Position numbers and translations under genes: made by a program. A DNA stretch of 64,000 nucleotides from Octopus vulgaris (Eukaryota), in NCBI GenBank assembly GCA_951406725.2, contig OX597814.1, forward strand, positions 177,816,001-177,880,000. Reading direction: 5' to 3'. Below are positions 42,321-55,654 of the stretch, in pieces (position 1 is the first letter of the stretch; each line of letters begins with the position of its first letter). The notes beneath the pieces were generated by a model that ran no database searches, was not told the origin of the DNA, and saw only the letters and a program-made list of their open reading frames with translations.

Positions 42321-43669
42321 CATTGAAGATGTACTCAAAGCCTTGGGAACAGGTTCGAACTCTGACATCATATATCTTGACTTCAGTAAAGCGTTCGACA
42401 GGGTAGACCATAATATTCTACTCTCAACATTGGCAAATATCGGAATCCGTGGAAAAGTTCTACACTGGATTATGTATTTCCTGGCGAATAGAACACATGT
42501 TGTAGTTGATGGAGTCCACTCAAACCCAGCAAAAGTCACCAGCTGTGTTCCCCAGGGGACTGTTTTGGGTCCGCTACTCTTCATAATTTACATAAACGAC
42601 CTTTCCAGTGTCGTAAATTACTGCAAAGTGAAAATATTTGCTGATGACACTAAGCTCCAGCAAATCGTCAATGAAGAAGCAGACCGAACTCAACTCCAGT
42701 CTGATCTATATGCTGTGAGTCAATGGGCAGACAGAAACAAAATGCAACTGAATGAGGGGAAATTTGAGCTGATGCATTTTGGAAGAAATTCCTCACTAAA
42801 ACAACCATACTCTCTTCCTTCAGGGGAACCGCTCACAGCCACTAACAATATCAGAGACCTGGGTGTAATTGTTGATGACGATCTCAGTTGGAGTGCACAC
42901 ATCAACAAGAATGTCGATATAGCTCGTAGGATGAGTTCCCGGATCTTAAGAACTTTCCGGTCCAGAGAACAAGGTGTCATCATACCACTTTTTTCCTCCT
43001 TTGTACGGCCACACCTTGAATACTGCTGCCCACTGTGGTCTCCCCATACAAGACAAAACATCTCCAGAATTGAGTCACCCCAGAGGGCACTCACTAAACG
43101 AATTGAAGGCATGGCTGCTCTCGATTATTGGGATCGCCTTAAAGCCTTGAAACTTTACTCCCTCCAGCGTCGCCGTGAGCGGTACGTCATTTGTACGATG
43201 TGGAGAATATACCGCCAACTTTGCCCAAACGACCTAAACATTAGCTTCAAGGTTCATCCAAGACTGGGACCACGGGCCATACGTCCCCTGCCCAATTCAA
43301 GATCACAACATACATGTACACTGCAACATAATTTATTTTCCTCAACAGGCCCTGCCCTATTTAACATTGTCCCGAGGGAGATCAAAGAGGAAAAGGATCC
43401 CATCAACTTTAAACGGAGTCTGGATAGATTCCTTCAAAGAATACCAGATAAGCCACCCATAATTGGATACAACTCACCCAACAAGAACTCACTACTTGAA
43501 CAAAACTGGATACAACTCACCCAACAAGAACTCACTACTTGAACAAAACTTGACTTAAACGAAACTTGACTTAAACAGGATTCGAATAATCCTATCAGGT
43601 GGTGCTATTAAGTTAGACATGGCCTGGACCAATCTTTGGTCGAAACATATCTAAGTTTATCTAAGTTTA
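42321..43669 (+). mobile_element. 5'-truncated young CR1-type LINE (RT C-terminal ORF open to 43542; tail (atctaagttt)2)
   Basis: IYLDFSKAFDRVDH, VPQGTVLGPLLFIIYIND, FADDTK, RDLGV, VRPHLEYC, LYSLQRRRER with no stops over ~400 codons. 3' stem-loop gacca..tggtc. ~43-bp tandem duplication at about 43464-43550. Confidence 0.95.
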
Positions 43670-43675
43670 TATATA

Positions 43676-43713
43676 TATCAGGTGATTTGATGCTATAGAA
43701 TATCATCAGTGGA
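43676..43713 (-). ncRNA. Decayed hammerhead split by the CR1 insertion
   Basis: Minus strand cca-CTGATGA-tattctatagcat-cAAA-tcacctga-TA. The stem I partner tgg lies across the LINE at 42318-42320. Confidence 0.55.
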
Positions 43714-43844
43714 AAGTGTCTGGTCACTGGATGCCGAAGCTCGCTGCTACGATATAGAGAATATTAACATCTTTCCAGACAGTTATGTCGCATATAGACA
43801 GCAGCCTTATTAAAAATTTATTTTCACAGATATAAGCAGTATTA

Positions 43845-43881
<37 letters not shown>

Positions 43882-44007
43882 AAATAAGCACGCATGCATA
43901 CACACCGATACGCATATACACACGCGCACACACTCACATATATTAATTTCTACATGCATAAAGGGAGAGAGATAAAGATAGAGAGATGGTACAGAGTGAG
44001 AGAGAAG

Positions 44008-44094
<87 letters not shown>

Positions 44095-44104
44095 AAGAGA
44101 GAGA

Positions 44105-44339
44105 GAGTGTGTTCAAAAAGTCTCTCCGCAGTAAGTATTTAAAGATTTTCGGGTGATTCTTGTACACCGATCCTTTATTTTCTCCCCAGAAAAAAAAGTC
44201 TGGCGATTTTTAAATCAGGTGATCGTGGTGGCCTAAGTCCCTTCGAAATAATACGTCCACCGAAAAATTCTTGAAGTTGCGCCATGGTAATGCGCATGAT
44301 GAAAACCAGTTACTGCGGAGAGACTTTCTGAACACGCTG
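44105..44339 (-). mobile_element. Internally deleted Tc1/mariner (MITE-sized)
   Basis: ~30-bp TIRs (gtgttcagaaagtctctccgcagtaa). Internal minus frame PPRSPDLKSPDFFFWGENKGSVYKNHP. Confidence 0.85.
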
Positions 44340-45009
44340 TTTTTGTGAGTACAGCTGTGTATAAATTGATATGTCTACCACTAAGCTGATGTCAGTGTAG
44401 TTATTTTTACATTTACTTTTTACTGGATGATTGAATTTATGTGTATGTGTGCGTGCCTATACGTGTCTGTGCATCGTTGGAGGTGTATATATGTGTCTCT
44501 GCGTGCGTGCTTCACGTTGTATGCGTACGAAATGTTCGTATATTCTATTAAGGCAAAGATTACTTATTCGAATGTCATCGACTTCTTATACATTTAGGTC
44601 AAGGAACCTCGAGCGAATACACGTAAGATTAATACATATATTTGCGTGAGTTCACATGTGCGCTTCTCTCTTTCTCTATCTATCTCTTACCTCTCTCTGT
44701 TTCTCTGTCTCTCTCTATATATATATATATAAATACACACACACAAAAAAATACACTCAGAAATATCGAAATATGCATGCATACATGCACATACGTATTT
44801 ATGTGCTCCGCCTCATGCATGCACACATATACATACATACACACATATATACATATATGTCAAAATGCATGACTTTCATTCCTTCTCTATATATTTATAC
44901 ATATATATATATGCATGCATATATATAAATATATATATATATACACGCATATATTATGTGTACATGTATTACATATATGTATGCGTGTGATCTGTATCAG
45001 TGTTTGTAC

Positions 45010-45096
<87 letters not shown>

Positions 45097-45105
45097 TGTG
45101 TGTGT

Positions 45106-45340
45106 GGAGGCGCGTGGCCTAGTGGTTAGTGTGTCAGCATCATGATCGTAAGATTGTGTTTTCGGTTTCTGAACCGGGTGACGCGTTGTGCTCCTGAGCA
45201 AAACACTTCATTTCACGTTGCTCCAGTCCACTCAGTAGGCAAAAATGAGTAATGCTGTGATGGACTAGCGTCCTGGGGAACACATACGCCATAGAAACCG
45301 GGAAACCAGGTCCATGGGCCTGGCTAGGCTTTAAAAAAGG

Positions 45341-45344
<4 letters not shown>
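45106..45344 (+). mobile_element. SINE family D (tRNA head, V/Meta-like central domain)
   Basis: ggcgcgtggcctagtggttag A-box, ctgagcaaaacactt..ttgctccagtccactcag, gatggactagcgtcc. Confidence 0.7.
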
Positions 45345-45400
<56 letters not shown>

Positions 45401-45693
45401 CTTATAAATAAGGGCAAACGAAAAACTTCCTAATGCCAAATATGCCGAAAATTGGACATATTGTCCTTTTGCCATATACTTCTTTTCCCAGTACGCACGC
45501 TATTCGAAAAAAGGTCGACAGAAATCTCAAAAAAAATTCCATTATTACCATATCGGACCGATTTCAGGGTTAGTTAAAAAAGAACCCTCCCTTCGTCAGT
45601 GATACATGTGGCAAAGAAGTAAATGAGATACTTACTCATACCCATGTCCAATTTTCGGCATTAGAAATTTTTTCGTTTGCCCTTATTTATAAG
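45401..45693. mobile_element. Inverted-repeat-bounded element with central hammerhead, adjacent to (TA)n
   Basis: 45401-45459 is approximately the reverse complement of 45644-45693. Confidence 0.8.
45546..45604 (-). ncRNA. Apparently intact minimal type I hammerhead ribozyme
   Basis: Minus strand: tatca-CTGACGA-aggg..ccct-GAAA-tcggtccga-TA-tggta. All core nucleotides and three stems present. AUA triplet. Confidence 0.8.
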
Positions 45694-46009
45694 TTGTTTG
45701 TAATTTAACCTTTAAAGGTATTTTTTAATATGCTGGCCATTGATAAAAGTTTTTTTCGAAAAAATTTATCCTACATTATATATAAATATATATATAGTCG
45801 CCATGATAGATCGTTAGCTACTACACACATTTTTTCTCTCCTTGTTCTAAAATATATATAGATATATATATATATATATATATAGTAGTGCACGTGTTGA
45901 GTGGATGCAGTAAAATAAAATACGCCACATAGAAAATAAAAACTCACCTGTTGCTTGATCATTATGATTCAACAAGGGTTTGGTTTCTCTTATAACATAC
46001 TGGCCCACT

Positions 46010-46330
46010 ATAGTTGATCAAGACATGCTTTCGTAAGAATTTGTCCAACAAATAATAGAAGAGTTATACCTTGGTAGTTTCCACAATGTATACAATCTCC
46101 TTCTCTGAATATTATTAGAACGATATGAATGGCTTTTAAATATGCAGGTTCTTTGTCATGTTTCCACAAATATAGGAAGGGGTTTTGAATCTTAGCGCAG
46201 AGGATATAACTTCCATATGTTATAAGTTCCAGAGGCTTATATTTTATCGGTCACAGCATTTGAATAAATATCGCAAATCATTTTTCCCGACGATCTAATG
46301 ATCTGCCAATCTCCATGTTCAATTGTTAGA
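46010..46330 (-). mobile_element. Decayed RTE-like RT N-terminal fragment
   Basis: PLELITYG..LWKHDKEPAYLK..IFREGDCIHCGNYQGITLL..GQILTKACLDQL, matching the KKGD...CGNYRGISLL motif. Confidence 0.7.
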
Positions 46331-47649
46331 AAAGATAAGAATTTTTTCTGGCAATTATATTGAGCAATGTATTTTTCAGTAGCATCGATGCTCCGTCGTT
46401 TCTTGTTAATGCAAAAATAAAACGTCTTTAATATTTTGTGTTAGATATGAAAGTTTGAAAGGGATTTCCGAATCCCTTTCAAATGGTATTATCAAAATAA
46501 AAAGGACCCTAGGACCCTCTACGCATTTGCTCAACTCACTAGAAATTGTAACCAAGTCTCCCGGTTGTAGCACTCTTCCATTGTCTAGTCTAATCCAACT
46601 AATATTAAGAGATCGAAAAGCTGGAAGGTTAAATTTAAACAACATCGATAATAGGCGTGGTCGCTCACTACTGGGCTGTGGTTAAACAGAAATAAACTAC
46701 AAGACAGACAACATATAAATGAAATTCATATGAATATAGAAAGTAAGTCACGGACAGATTTAATTGGGAACTTGCATCTGCTGTACATAGATCATCGGCT
46801 AGATGAGACGGCCGAGGTTATAGTCTTTTAATCTTAGGCGAAAAGAGATTTGGTGAGGTTTATGAAATATTATACCTGCGTGCGCTACTGATAAAGTAGT
46901 AATAATATAATGGTTTGATTCAGTCAACTATAACACTTTAATACAAAAATGATGTCTTGTGAAAAATTAGTATTTATAAGCATAAAACTGGTATCATCTA
47001 ACATCTTGACATTTATGTTCTAAAAACAATGTAAGCACTTTTTGTTCCGCTGTTATTTTCTACATAACATCGTATCTAATTTCGAACGAATATTAGTATG
47101 CATAAGGGGGTATGTTGAAATATTTTTTTATTTTCTGTCTTGCTGTGTAAGCATGAAGTGTAAGTTATGTTTTGTGAGATTATAAAAACAGGCGATATGA
47201 CTTTCATAACTTTTGCACAGACGATAGCGTCATAACCAAAATTAAATAGCTACAAAGGATAATTGAAACTTCACTGAAAGAGCCTAACCCCACGTAGATT
47301 GAATCTGACTCTACTATGCATGTCATTTTTCAATTATATTTTATTATATTTTCCAGTACTCACAGTATGGAAAATGATGATAAAATCTAGTTGGCAGGTT
47401 TGAACTCAGAGCTATAAATGTTATATGTATGAATTACACGAATTGCCAAATGCTTTGAAATCTAATACTTAAGTGCCAGTTTTGTTGAGCTAAAAAAAAC
47501 CTATATGATCGACAATCGTTGCATTCTAATTCTCATATCGTATCCTGTGAAGCAAAATATAAAAATAGAAAGAAAATCCGGAAAAGCAAACATCTAAAGA
47601 CTAGAAAGGTATCGTGACGTATCTTTTAACATTCTCTCATTGACGTACT

Positions 47650-49010
47650 GGTTTCGAATTATGGCACAAGGCCATCTATTTTTGAGCAGGGGCAAAAGGC
47701 CAGCTATTTTGGGGTAGATGCAGGAGGCCAGCCAATATCGGGGAAGGAGTTCAAGGCCAGCTATTTAGCGGGATTTGAACTCAGAATATAATGTACTTGA
47801 AGAAATACCGGAAGGCATTTTTCCAAAGCTGTTGCTGTCGCTGCTGCTGTTGCTGCTGCTGTTGCTGCTGCTGTACTGCTATTACTACTTGTATTCCTGA
47901 CTTATGCCAGCAGATTATAGTGGCAGTGGTTTAGTCAATTGCATCGATTCCAGTACTACAATGTTGTTTTATTGTATCGACCCCTGTGGGATGAAAGGCA
48001 ACTTCGGCACAGGGATAATTTGAACTCAGAATCTAATGAGTCGGAAAAAATACACTAAGCATTTTGCCCTAAGGTTTCATGGTTGTGACAGTTCGCCAGC
48101 AATTTTGAGGGGAAAGGCATTAGGCGACACTATAAATCTTTTTACTTGATTGATACTTTATCTATTGCTCAGGGATGAAGAGCAACGTTGACCTCAGCGG
48201 GACAAATAAGGAAGGCATTTTTCTGATGCTTCGAAATTTTAACAAGCTCATGGTCTTGAAAAATTAATTATTATTTTTCCTCCTATAAGCACAAGGCCAA
48301 TAATTTGGAGTTGAAGGGTTATGCGATTTCATCGATCTCAATGCCCCACTTGTACGTATTTTGCCGATTCCGAAAGCAAACGTTAATGATTTTCCAGATC
48401 GCTACAATAATAATAATGGTTTCCAATTATGGCACCAGGCCAGAAATTTCAAGATAGGGAAATAGCCTATTACGTAGACCTTCGTACTCAAGATGATGCT
48501 TATATTATCGACAGCAAAATATCGAAAGACAAAACAGACATCGGCGGAATTTGATCTCAGATCATGAGGGCGGGAAAAATACGGCTAATCACTGTGTTGG
48601 GAGTACTAAGGATTCTAAAAGCTCACGATCTTAATGAAAATATTCGTTTTAAATTTTAGCACAAGACCGGCAATTTCGTGGGAGGGCGTAAATCGGTTAC
48701 AACAGCCCCAGTTCTCGGCTTTTACTTATTTTACCGAGCCTGAATGGATGAAAGGCAAAGCCGACTGAGGCAGAATTTTATTTCAGAACCTAAAGACGGA
48801 CGAAATGCCTCTAAGCATTTTTTCCGGTGTGCTAAGACCAGCAACTTCTGATTGAGTTGAATACATAGATTTCAGTGCTCAACTGGTATTTATTTTATTG
48901 ACCCCAACAATTGAAAAGCAAAATAGACGTCGACGTAATTTGAACTAGAGGGACGAAATGCCGCTAAGTATTTTGCCCCGTGTGCAAACAATTAGGCAGC
49001 TCACCGCCCT
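47650..49010 (-). mobile_element. Head-to-tail array of ~6-7 decayed SINE family B copies
   Basis: Repeated gcacaaggcc.., ttatcgaccc.., aatttgaactcagaa and ctaagcattt blocks at ~200-bp spacing. Confidence 0.75.
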
Positions 49011-49390
49011 CACCATAAACATCTTAACATATTTTCATTCAAGAATCGCCTTGACGTTCTATTTTAAACGTCCGAGTTTTTCAATCTTTCAATTACTTTT
49101 TTTAATTATTGTTGTTCATGCTTCTGTTGTTTAATATGGGAAAATACGATTATATATTAGTATTTCTTTATTCATTAATGTTAAAATAGGAGATTTAAAT
49201 GAATTTTCAAACACCTCAAGCAAACAAATCGAAGCTACAACATATACCTATTACAGTAAGTCCAAGTTTTATATAGGTGCAAATTGATTCCATTAACACA
49301 CCTCAGGATAGTACCTCGATACTGGCGATCTTTCGATTTATAAATATATTGTCTGGAGAGTCAGACATCTCCATTTATAAATTTCTCTTC

Positions 49391-49429
<39 letters not shown>

Positions 49430-49599
49430 CGGTCAGTGGCATACATGCATGAATAACTCAAATAAGTGCAGCTTGATGAATCAAAATTATCTACGCCTCT
49501 AGAGAATATATCAAAATTACCTAATCGTAATTAACACAGAATTCTTTACATTTCATAACTTTATATTACACAGAGATACTACTGAGATAATTTTGTTTC

Positions 49600-50050
49600 A
49601 AGATCTTTTTTAGAACCGATTTCCAGTCTGATTTGTAGAAGTTTAAACTGGATAGGCTCTTTGCTGTATGAATACGATTAGATTCGGATCATACATTGCT
49701 AATTTTATTATGTAAGTTATATCATAAGATAATCTGGTCTGGGGAGGCGACGCCTTCAGTTTGTGGATTAGTTCCATGTTATTAGTAAAACAGAGGATCA
49801 AGAATGTTAATGCTTCTGCTCAGGTAGAGTATTATTTGTTCATTGAACCTTATTTGAGTGAGATCAAGTAGATATTTTGCTTGATATTGCTCATGGCGTT
49901 ACATTACTGAGATTATGTTGCATTAGAGCCTTTTGATTGGTGGTGGGGAGTTGAAGTCAATAGAAGTATAGTAATGAAGGCTTTCCTCAAGTTTACCATC
50001 GTAATTTGAGGTAGACCATATGATGTACATAATAGTTGCTTTATATGTAC
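49600..50050 (-). mobile_element. Decayed CR1-type APE endonuclease fragment
   Basis: Minus frames give DFNSP, EQYQAKYLLDLTQ..EQII...SRSINILD.CFTNNMELIH and LSSLNFYKSDWKS. Confidence 0.7.
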
Positions 50051-50935
50051 TTTTAGTGTGTTACAGATCAGGTTTTTAATGTGACAATAAGGTAGGTTAC
50101 TCGCATTCGTATTTCGATAAAGTAAATTTTAAGAATAAATGTGCTCTTAGGTTATAACTGCTCCTAATTTTATAGACTCATATTTACATACATGTATTTG
50201 AATTATATGTTCGTTCTATTGAGCTTCAGAATATATTGAGACTAACTAACACCATCTTCCATGAACATATCTTTCGTCTTCTCTTAATATAAACTTTTAC
50301 TTAAATTGTTTCATCTAGACTAAATTTTAATATTGTTGATTTAACATAAATATTTATACATTTATTTAATTTAACATTCTTTTGTCATAATACAAAACAT
50401 TGCAAGCTGTTCTCTTTGAATATACATAGAGAAAAAATGTTGCCCTTACTCTACGATTAGCATTTATTGTTTTTATATTTTCTGAATGTTCTCCTAATCT
50501 ACTTTCATTCTAATTCCTGTGTAGTAGAATTCTGTAATTTAATATAATCTCTTAGACGTCTAGAGTCTCAGCAACTTAGCATAATCACGTTTCCCACCAC
50601 GCTTTTAAAATGACACAACTTTTAGCTTTAGTAAAATTTTCAACTCATAATTTCATTTATGCTATTTACCATCACAAGTTACTTATTTTTCCTGAGTCTC
50701 AAATTTATCTTCAGAATTAACGCTTATATTAGTATATTCTTTTTATTTTTTACCATTTGCTACTTCCCTTCCCGTTGAATCTAAGGTAGTTCTCTCTTTG
50801 CAAGTTTCTCATTAACCCTGCACATACATGCTTAGTTTTTCTGATGAGGAAATTAACAGACCTATTTGAGAATGAAGCAATCCTCTGATTATAAATATAT
50901 GTGCGTATGTGCTTGTGTGTCTGTATGTATATGAA

Positions 50936-51002
<67 letters not shown>

Positions 51003-51471
51003 CATACTCACACCCTTGTATACATAGGGCGATATATAGGGCGATTAGTATTAGCATAAATGAAGCACTTTTCGGTTTAGCATTTCCTTATCCATATATT
51101 CCATCTACAATCACTTCACCACATCATTTATCCATGTACACGCTGCTTTGATTCAATTACTGCTTCCCGGTAACGTCTTTTAGAGCTACGGCTCAAGTCT
51201 TCCAACTTAGCTGCTCTCAAAACAGCTACCACTCTCGGGAGTTGAACTAGATATGATAGGACAATCAAGCTTTATAAATGTTTTATAGCGTCACTATTTA
51301 TATAATTTATTTTTATAGCGGAATTATGTTATAAGGTTGGTTGACGTATTTCGCAACCAGTTGTGGAAACATATACATTAGGTAGATCCAATCCCCGTCT
51401 TCAGCGTGGAGAAATATGTAGTTAACCCAAGCGGTTTTATTTGTTTATATGCATCATTATATCTCTCTGAG

Positions 51472-51700
51472 AGCGGCGAGCTGGCAGAAACGTTAGCACA
51501 CCGGGCGAAATGCGTAACCGTATTTCCTCTGTCGTTACGTTCTGAGTTCAAATTCTGCAAGGTCGACTTTGCCTTTCTTCCTTTCGGGGTCGATAAATAA
51601 AGTACCAATTTCGCACTGGGGTCGATGTAATCGACTTAATCCCTTTGTGTGTCCTTGTTTGTCCCCTCTATGTTTAGCCCCTTGTGGGCAGTAAAGAAAT
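51472..51700 (+). mobile_element. SINE family B
   Basis: gcggcgagctggcagaaacgttagcac..ttgtgggcagtaaagaaata. Confidence 0.9.
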
Positions 51701-52363
51701 ATATATGCATCATTATATATATATCTCTCATTTTCTCTTTGTCTCTCTCCCTTCTCTGTCTCTCTTCCCATACAGACACACACGCGTGCATACACTAAAC
51801 GCTTTCATTCCACTAAATGTTACAAGGTATTAATGAATACCAGCCAATAGGAAAATGAATGTAAGAAGTGGTACTGAACCCGAATGTCTGTGGCTGAAAA
51901 TGGATTTAACTTCCCGCTATAATTTTTAAAAATGCATCACCTGCATTACTTAACGGATTAAAATATCTAATGAGGTAAATTTGGTTTCCATTTTATTTAT
52001 TTTTATAAATATAATGTATTTGTATTTGAAAATAAATATTGATGTCCACGAAAAATCTTAAATTATATTTTGCTCATCGTTGTTATTGATTTTAATTCTG
52101 TGCCCGCAACAAACAAGATATTAAGATTTTACGACTGCAATTGAATAAAATTGCAGATTAATTTTGCCTTCATTTGAAAATTATTTTAAAATCACGAATT
52201 AATCCTCCACTCTCTATATCTGGGTCATATCGTGTCTTTTGTACGCTAGTAGTGAGCTTATTACGAAGTAACCTTGACAATAAGAAATATGTAGTAATTT
52301 AAATATTTCTTTTAGCCTTTGTCACCTTCCTGCTCACTTAAGTATTGGTGTTGTACATATTTT

Positions 52364-52760
52364 GGATTTCTTCGGTTTGAACGGCAGTTTTGAACATAAT
52401 TTCTAGGTAACTAATAAATTCTAAACTTCATATACTGGTAGAATATGTTTATAAAACATCTTTTTCTCTTGTCTTTATTGAGAAAATTCTATAGTTTGTA
52501 AGATATTTGTTGTTTTTTTCTTCAATTTCTGCAATTTCAACCAATCAGTGACGTCTATTGAGTTAAAAAGCATTCTGTGCCGTATGCATATGTCCCTCGT
52601 TTAAGAAACAGATTGGGTTTATTTACATTTATGAAGAAAGAAAGATACCCATCCCCCAAAAGAGATTGAGATGCAATATATCGATTCTAGGGTCATAATT
52701 ATGGGTGACAATTTCATATGATACCGCTAGAAAAAACTGCCGTTCAAACCGAAAAGCTCC
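52364..52760. mobile_element. Merlin-type MITE
   Basis: ~28-bp TIRs (gga..ttcggtttgaacggcagttt) and a perfect 8-bp TSD CATATTTT at 52356-52363 and 52761-52768. Confidence 0.8.
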
Positions 52761-53654
52761 CATATTTTTTCCGTGATAGACGTTGCTATGCTTTTTTGTT
52801 CTTTTACAGTTGCTGCTTAGCACTCGAGTTTTCAAGACTTAACAAACAGGATTTTTTGAGACCGTATGTTTCGATTTCAGAAAGAACTAGCTAGTATTTC
52901 TATCGGCACAGGCGACGTGAATGTATAACGTTGGTTCATATTTCCATGTTTCACTCTTATTATTATTTATTTGTATGTGTATGAGAGTGTGCATTTAGTA
53001 AATCATTTCTAGAGAAGCACATTTTACTTGATTAATATCAATCTAGCGAAAATTCCACGGTTTAAGTCTGTACTTTTGAAAACATTTTGTTACTATATTA
53101 AGCTAAAGTAAGGAATTCTTAAAAACTTTTTTGAATTCTTGCTGTTTACTCATAAACCAACCATACCTTTAAATATAACTGAAATAAATTTAGAAGGTAT
53201 TGCTTATTAAATATGTTTGCCTGATATGGGGATTTATAGCTTAAGGAAATAATGATAAATTCGAAAGAAAAATTTTATTCACACACACACACACAAACTA
53301 CACTTGCTGTCCGACATCCACCAAGGCTTTATCCAAGTCTTAATAATTGAGATTATTTTCATTTATTTACATTTCAGTACACCAACCTGCCTACAACTGT
53401 GTCAATATACCTCTGTATCTACGTATCTATTGCTATATCTGTAGAATCACGTATGCACCTATCTATAAACCTATCTGTCTGTATGTCTGATTAACTATCA
53501 TATCTACTTGCCCTTCTGTTGATGTATGTACATACACTCACATAATATCGATAAGATAAAGAATAACAATAACGGTGATGAACCAGCACAGCCATAACAT
53601 TTTGGCCCTGAACCTGCATACGGTAAATGAATTAGATCCACGGCTATTTGCTAC

Positions 53655-53820
53655 TTTTTACTCTTTTACTTGTTTCAGTCATTTGTCTGTGGCCATGCTG
53701 GAGCACCACCTTTTAGTCGAGCAAATCGATCCCAGGACTTATTCTTTGTAAGCCTAGTACTTATTCTATCGGTAAACACACCAGCATCGGTTATCAAGCG
53801 ATGTTAGGGGGACAAACGCA

Positions 53821-53905
<85 letters not shown>

Positions 53906-54027
53906 GACGGGCTTCTTTCGGTTTTAATCTACCAAATCCACTCGCAAGGCTTTGGTCGATCCGAAACTATAGTAGAAGACAGTTGCGCAAGGAACCCGGA
54001 ATCATGTGGTTCGTAAGAAAGCTACTT
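53655..54027 (-). mobile_element. SINE family A with internal deletions
   Basis: Reverse complement of family A. Confidence 0.85.
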
Positions 54028-54850
54028 TATTTTATTAAATTTGCCATAGAGGCAGTACAAAGACGGGTAGCTTTGCGGGCTTGACAAACACATTAATGAA
54101 TGAAAAGGAAATAAAATGAATAAATGAGACACGAAACCCAAAACCCGCCGATTGGATTTTTCTCGAAAACATATTTCCTTTTTTTAAAAATCAATATGAG
54201 GTTTCAAACCTCTTACAAGAAGGAGGCACTAAAACCTCTTAATATGTTTTTTTTAAACACACAACTGAGGTCATAAACCACTACAAATAATACAATAAGA
54301 TGAGATTTCAAACCCTCTAACGAGGCTTTTGCACCTCCTACTCAACGATATACCAATCATTATCTTCAATGCCACTTAAGTTCCTGTATCCCGCCAGTTC
54401 CCATGCCTCACTCATGTAGGACATGTAAGTAATTCCAGTATAATTGCCACCCTATGCGACACTCCTTCCCAAATCTTTTAAGCCTTTCCCACAAGGTAAA
54501 CCTTATGACTTGAACAGCTATCCACAGAGGACAAATTGTCTTTCAGTTCATTTTTTATAATTGGTTTGGGAAGACGGTGATGGAATCAAGAACTTTAGAA
54601 TAAGTTCTAACCATCACCATCTTCTCCTCCATATCCTTTAACCAGACCTTCGGTAGGACAATCTCCCACACAATCTTATCCGTATTTTTTATTGCCAAAT
54701 TTCGGTGTCATGATAGTCACCAAACTATATTTCTCACAATGAGAAAAAGTGTGAACACTTGAAATATAGTTTTCTAATAATGGTAAATGTCGTTGTTGTA
54801 AAAACAAAGTATTTGAAAAATACTCCCACCAGACAATGAGAAAAAACATC

Positions 54851-55228
54851 GGTAAAATTACAGATTAATACCCGCACGATTTTCAAAAAAAAAAAAAAAA
54901 ATGATTTTTTGCGTGGAATCAAGTACTGTGACCTCGTAATATGCTGTAAATCCCATATTTGCGTTCAGAAGGGTGGCGGGGCTGCCCCCACCCTTCCGAA
55001 CCCAAATATGGGATTTACAGCACTTGATTCCACCCAAAAAATCAGAGTTCTTTTTTGCGTGAAAAGTCCGGGTGGTGGTGGTAAACCCCCCCCCTCCGGA
55101 CCAATTCCGAACCAAAATATGGGATTTCCAGCATATTAGGAGGTCAGGGTACTTGATTCCACGCAAAAAATCCGAGTTTTTTTTTTTTGTTAGTGAAAAT
55201 CGTGCGGGTGTTAATCTGTAATTTTACC
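54851..55228. mobile_element. Merlin-type foldback MITE with long TIRs
   Basis: GGTAAAATTACAGATTAA..TTAATCTGTAATTTTACC termini, ~120-bp arms, 8-bp TSD AAAACATC at 54843-54850 and 55229-55236. Confidence 0.85.
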
Positions 55229-55654
55229 AAAACATCTTCATTTACTATGGACCATATTGCTGAACCACAAGTAGACCAGCATCCCGTATTCAGTGAGGAT
55301 TCCCTGTTTGTAAAATATATAAGCACAAACAACGACCCTCACCGGGTCCAAGAGAAAAGCCTTACCTTGCAGCAGCTTCTTTTGGCAGGCTGAACACAGC
55401 CAGCTATCGTATTCAGTGCACAACACAATGGCGCATGTACACACTGACAACAAAGACTCATGGGAAGTCATATAGACTCATGGGATGCAAGCTACTTACC
55501 ACATAGCCACGCCTATGCCTAAGGTTATTTTCCTTTAATGTTTCTCTATATCGATTAATGTATAATTTTAACGACCTTCATGACATTGAGTCTATATATT
55601 AAATACATCTTGCTTGCGATTTGAACACATAAATGCAGGAAATTATAGACGCCC

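Noticed and set aside
42720-43112. 130-aa minus-strand ORF
   Set aside because: Antisense shadow of the CR1 RT ORF.
43621-43650. gacca..tggtc-GAAAC at the CR1 3' end
   Set aside because: No upstream core. It is the ordinary LINE 3' stem-loop.
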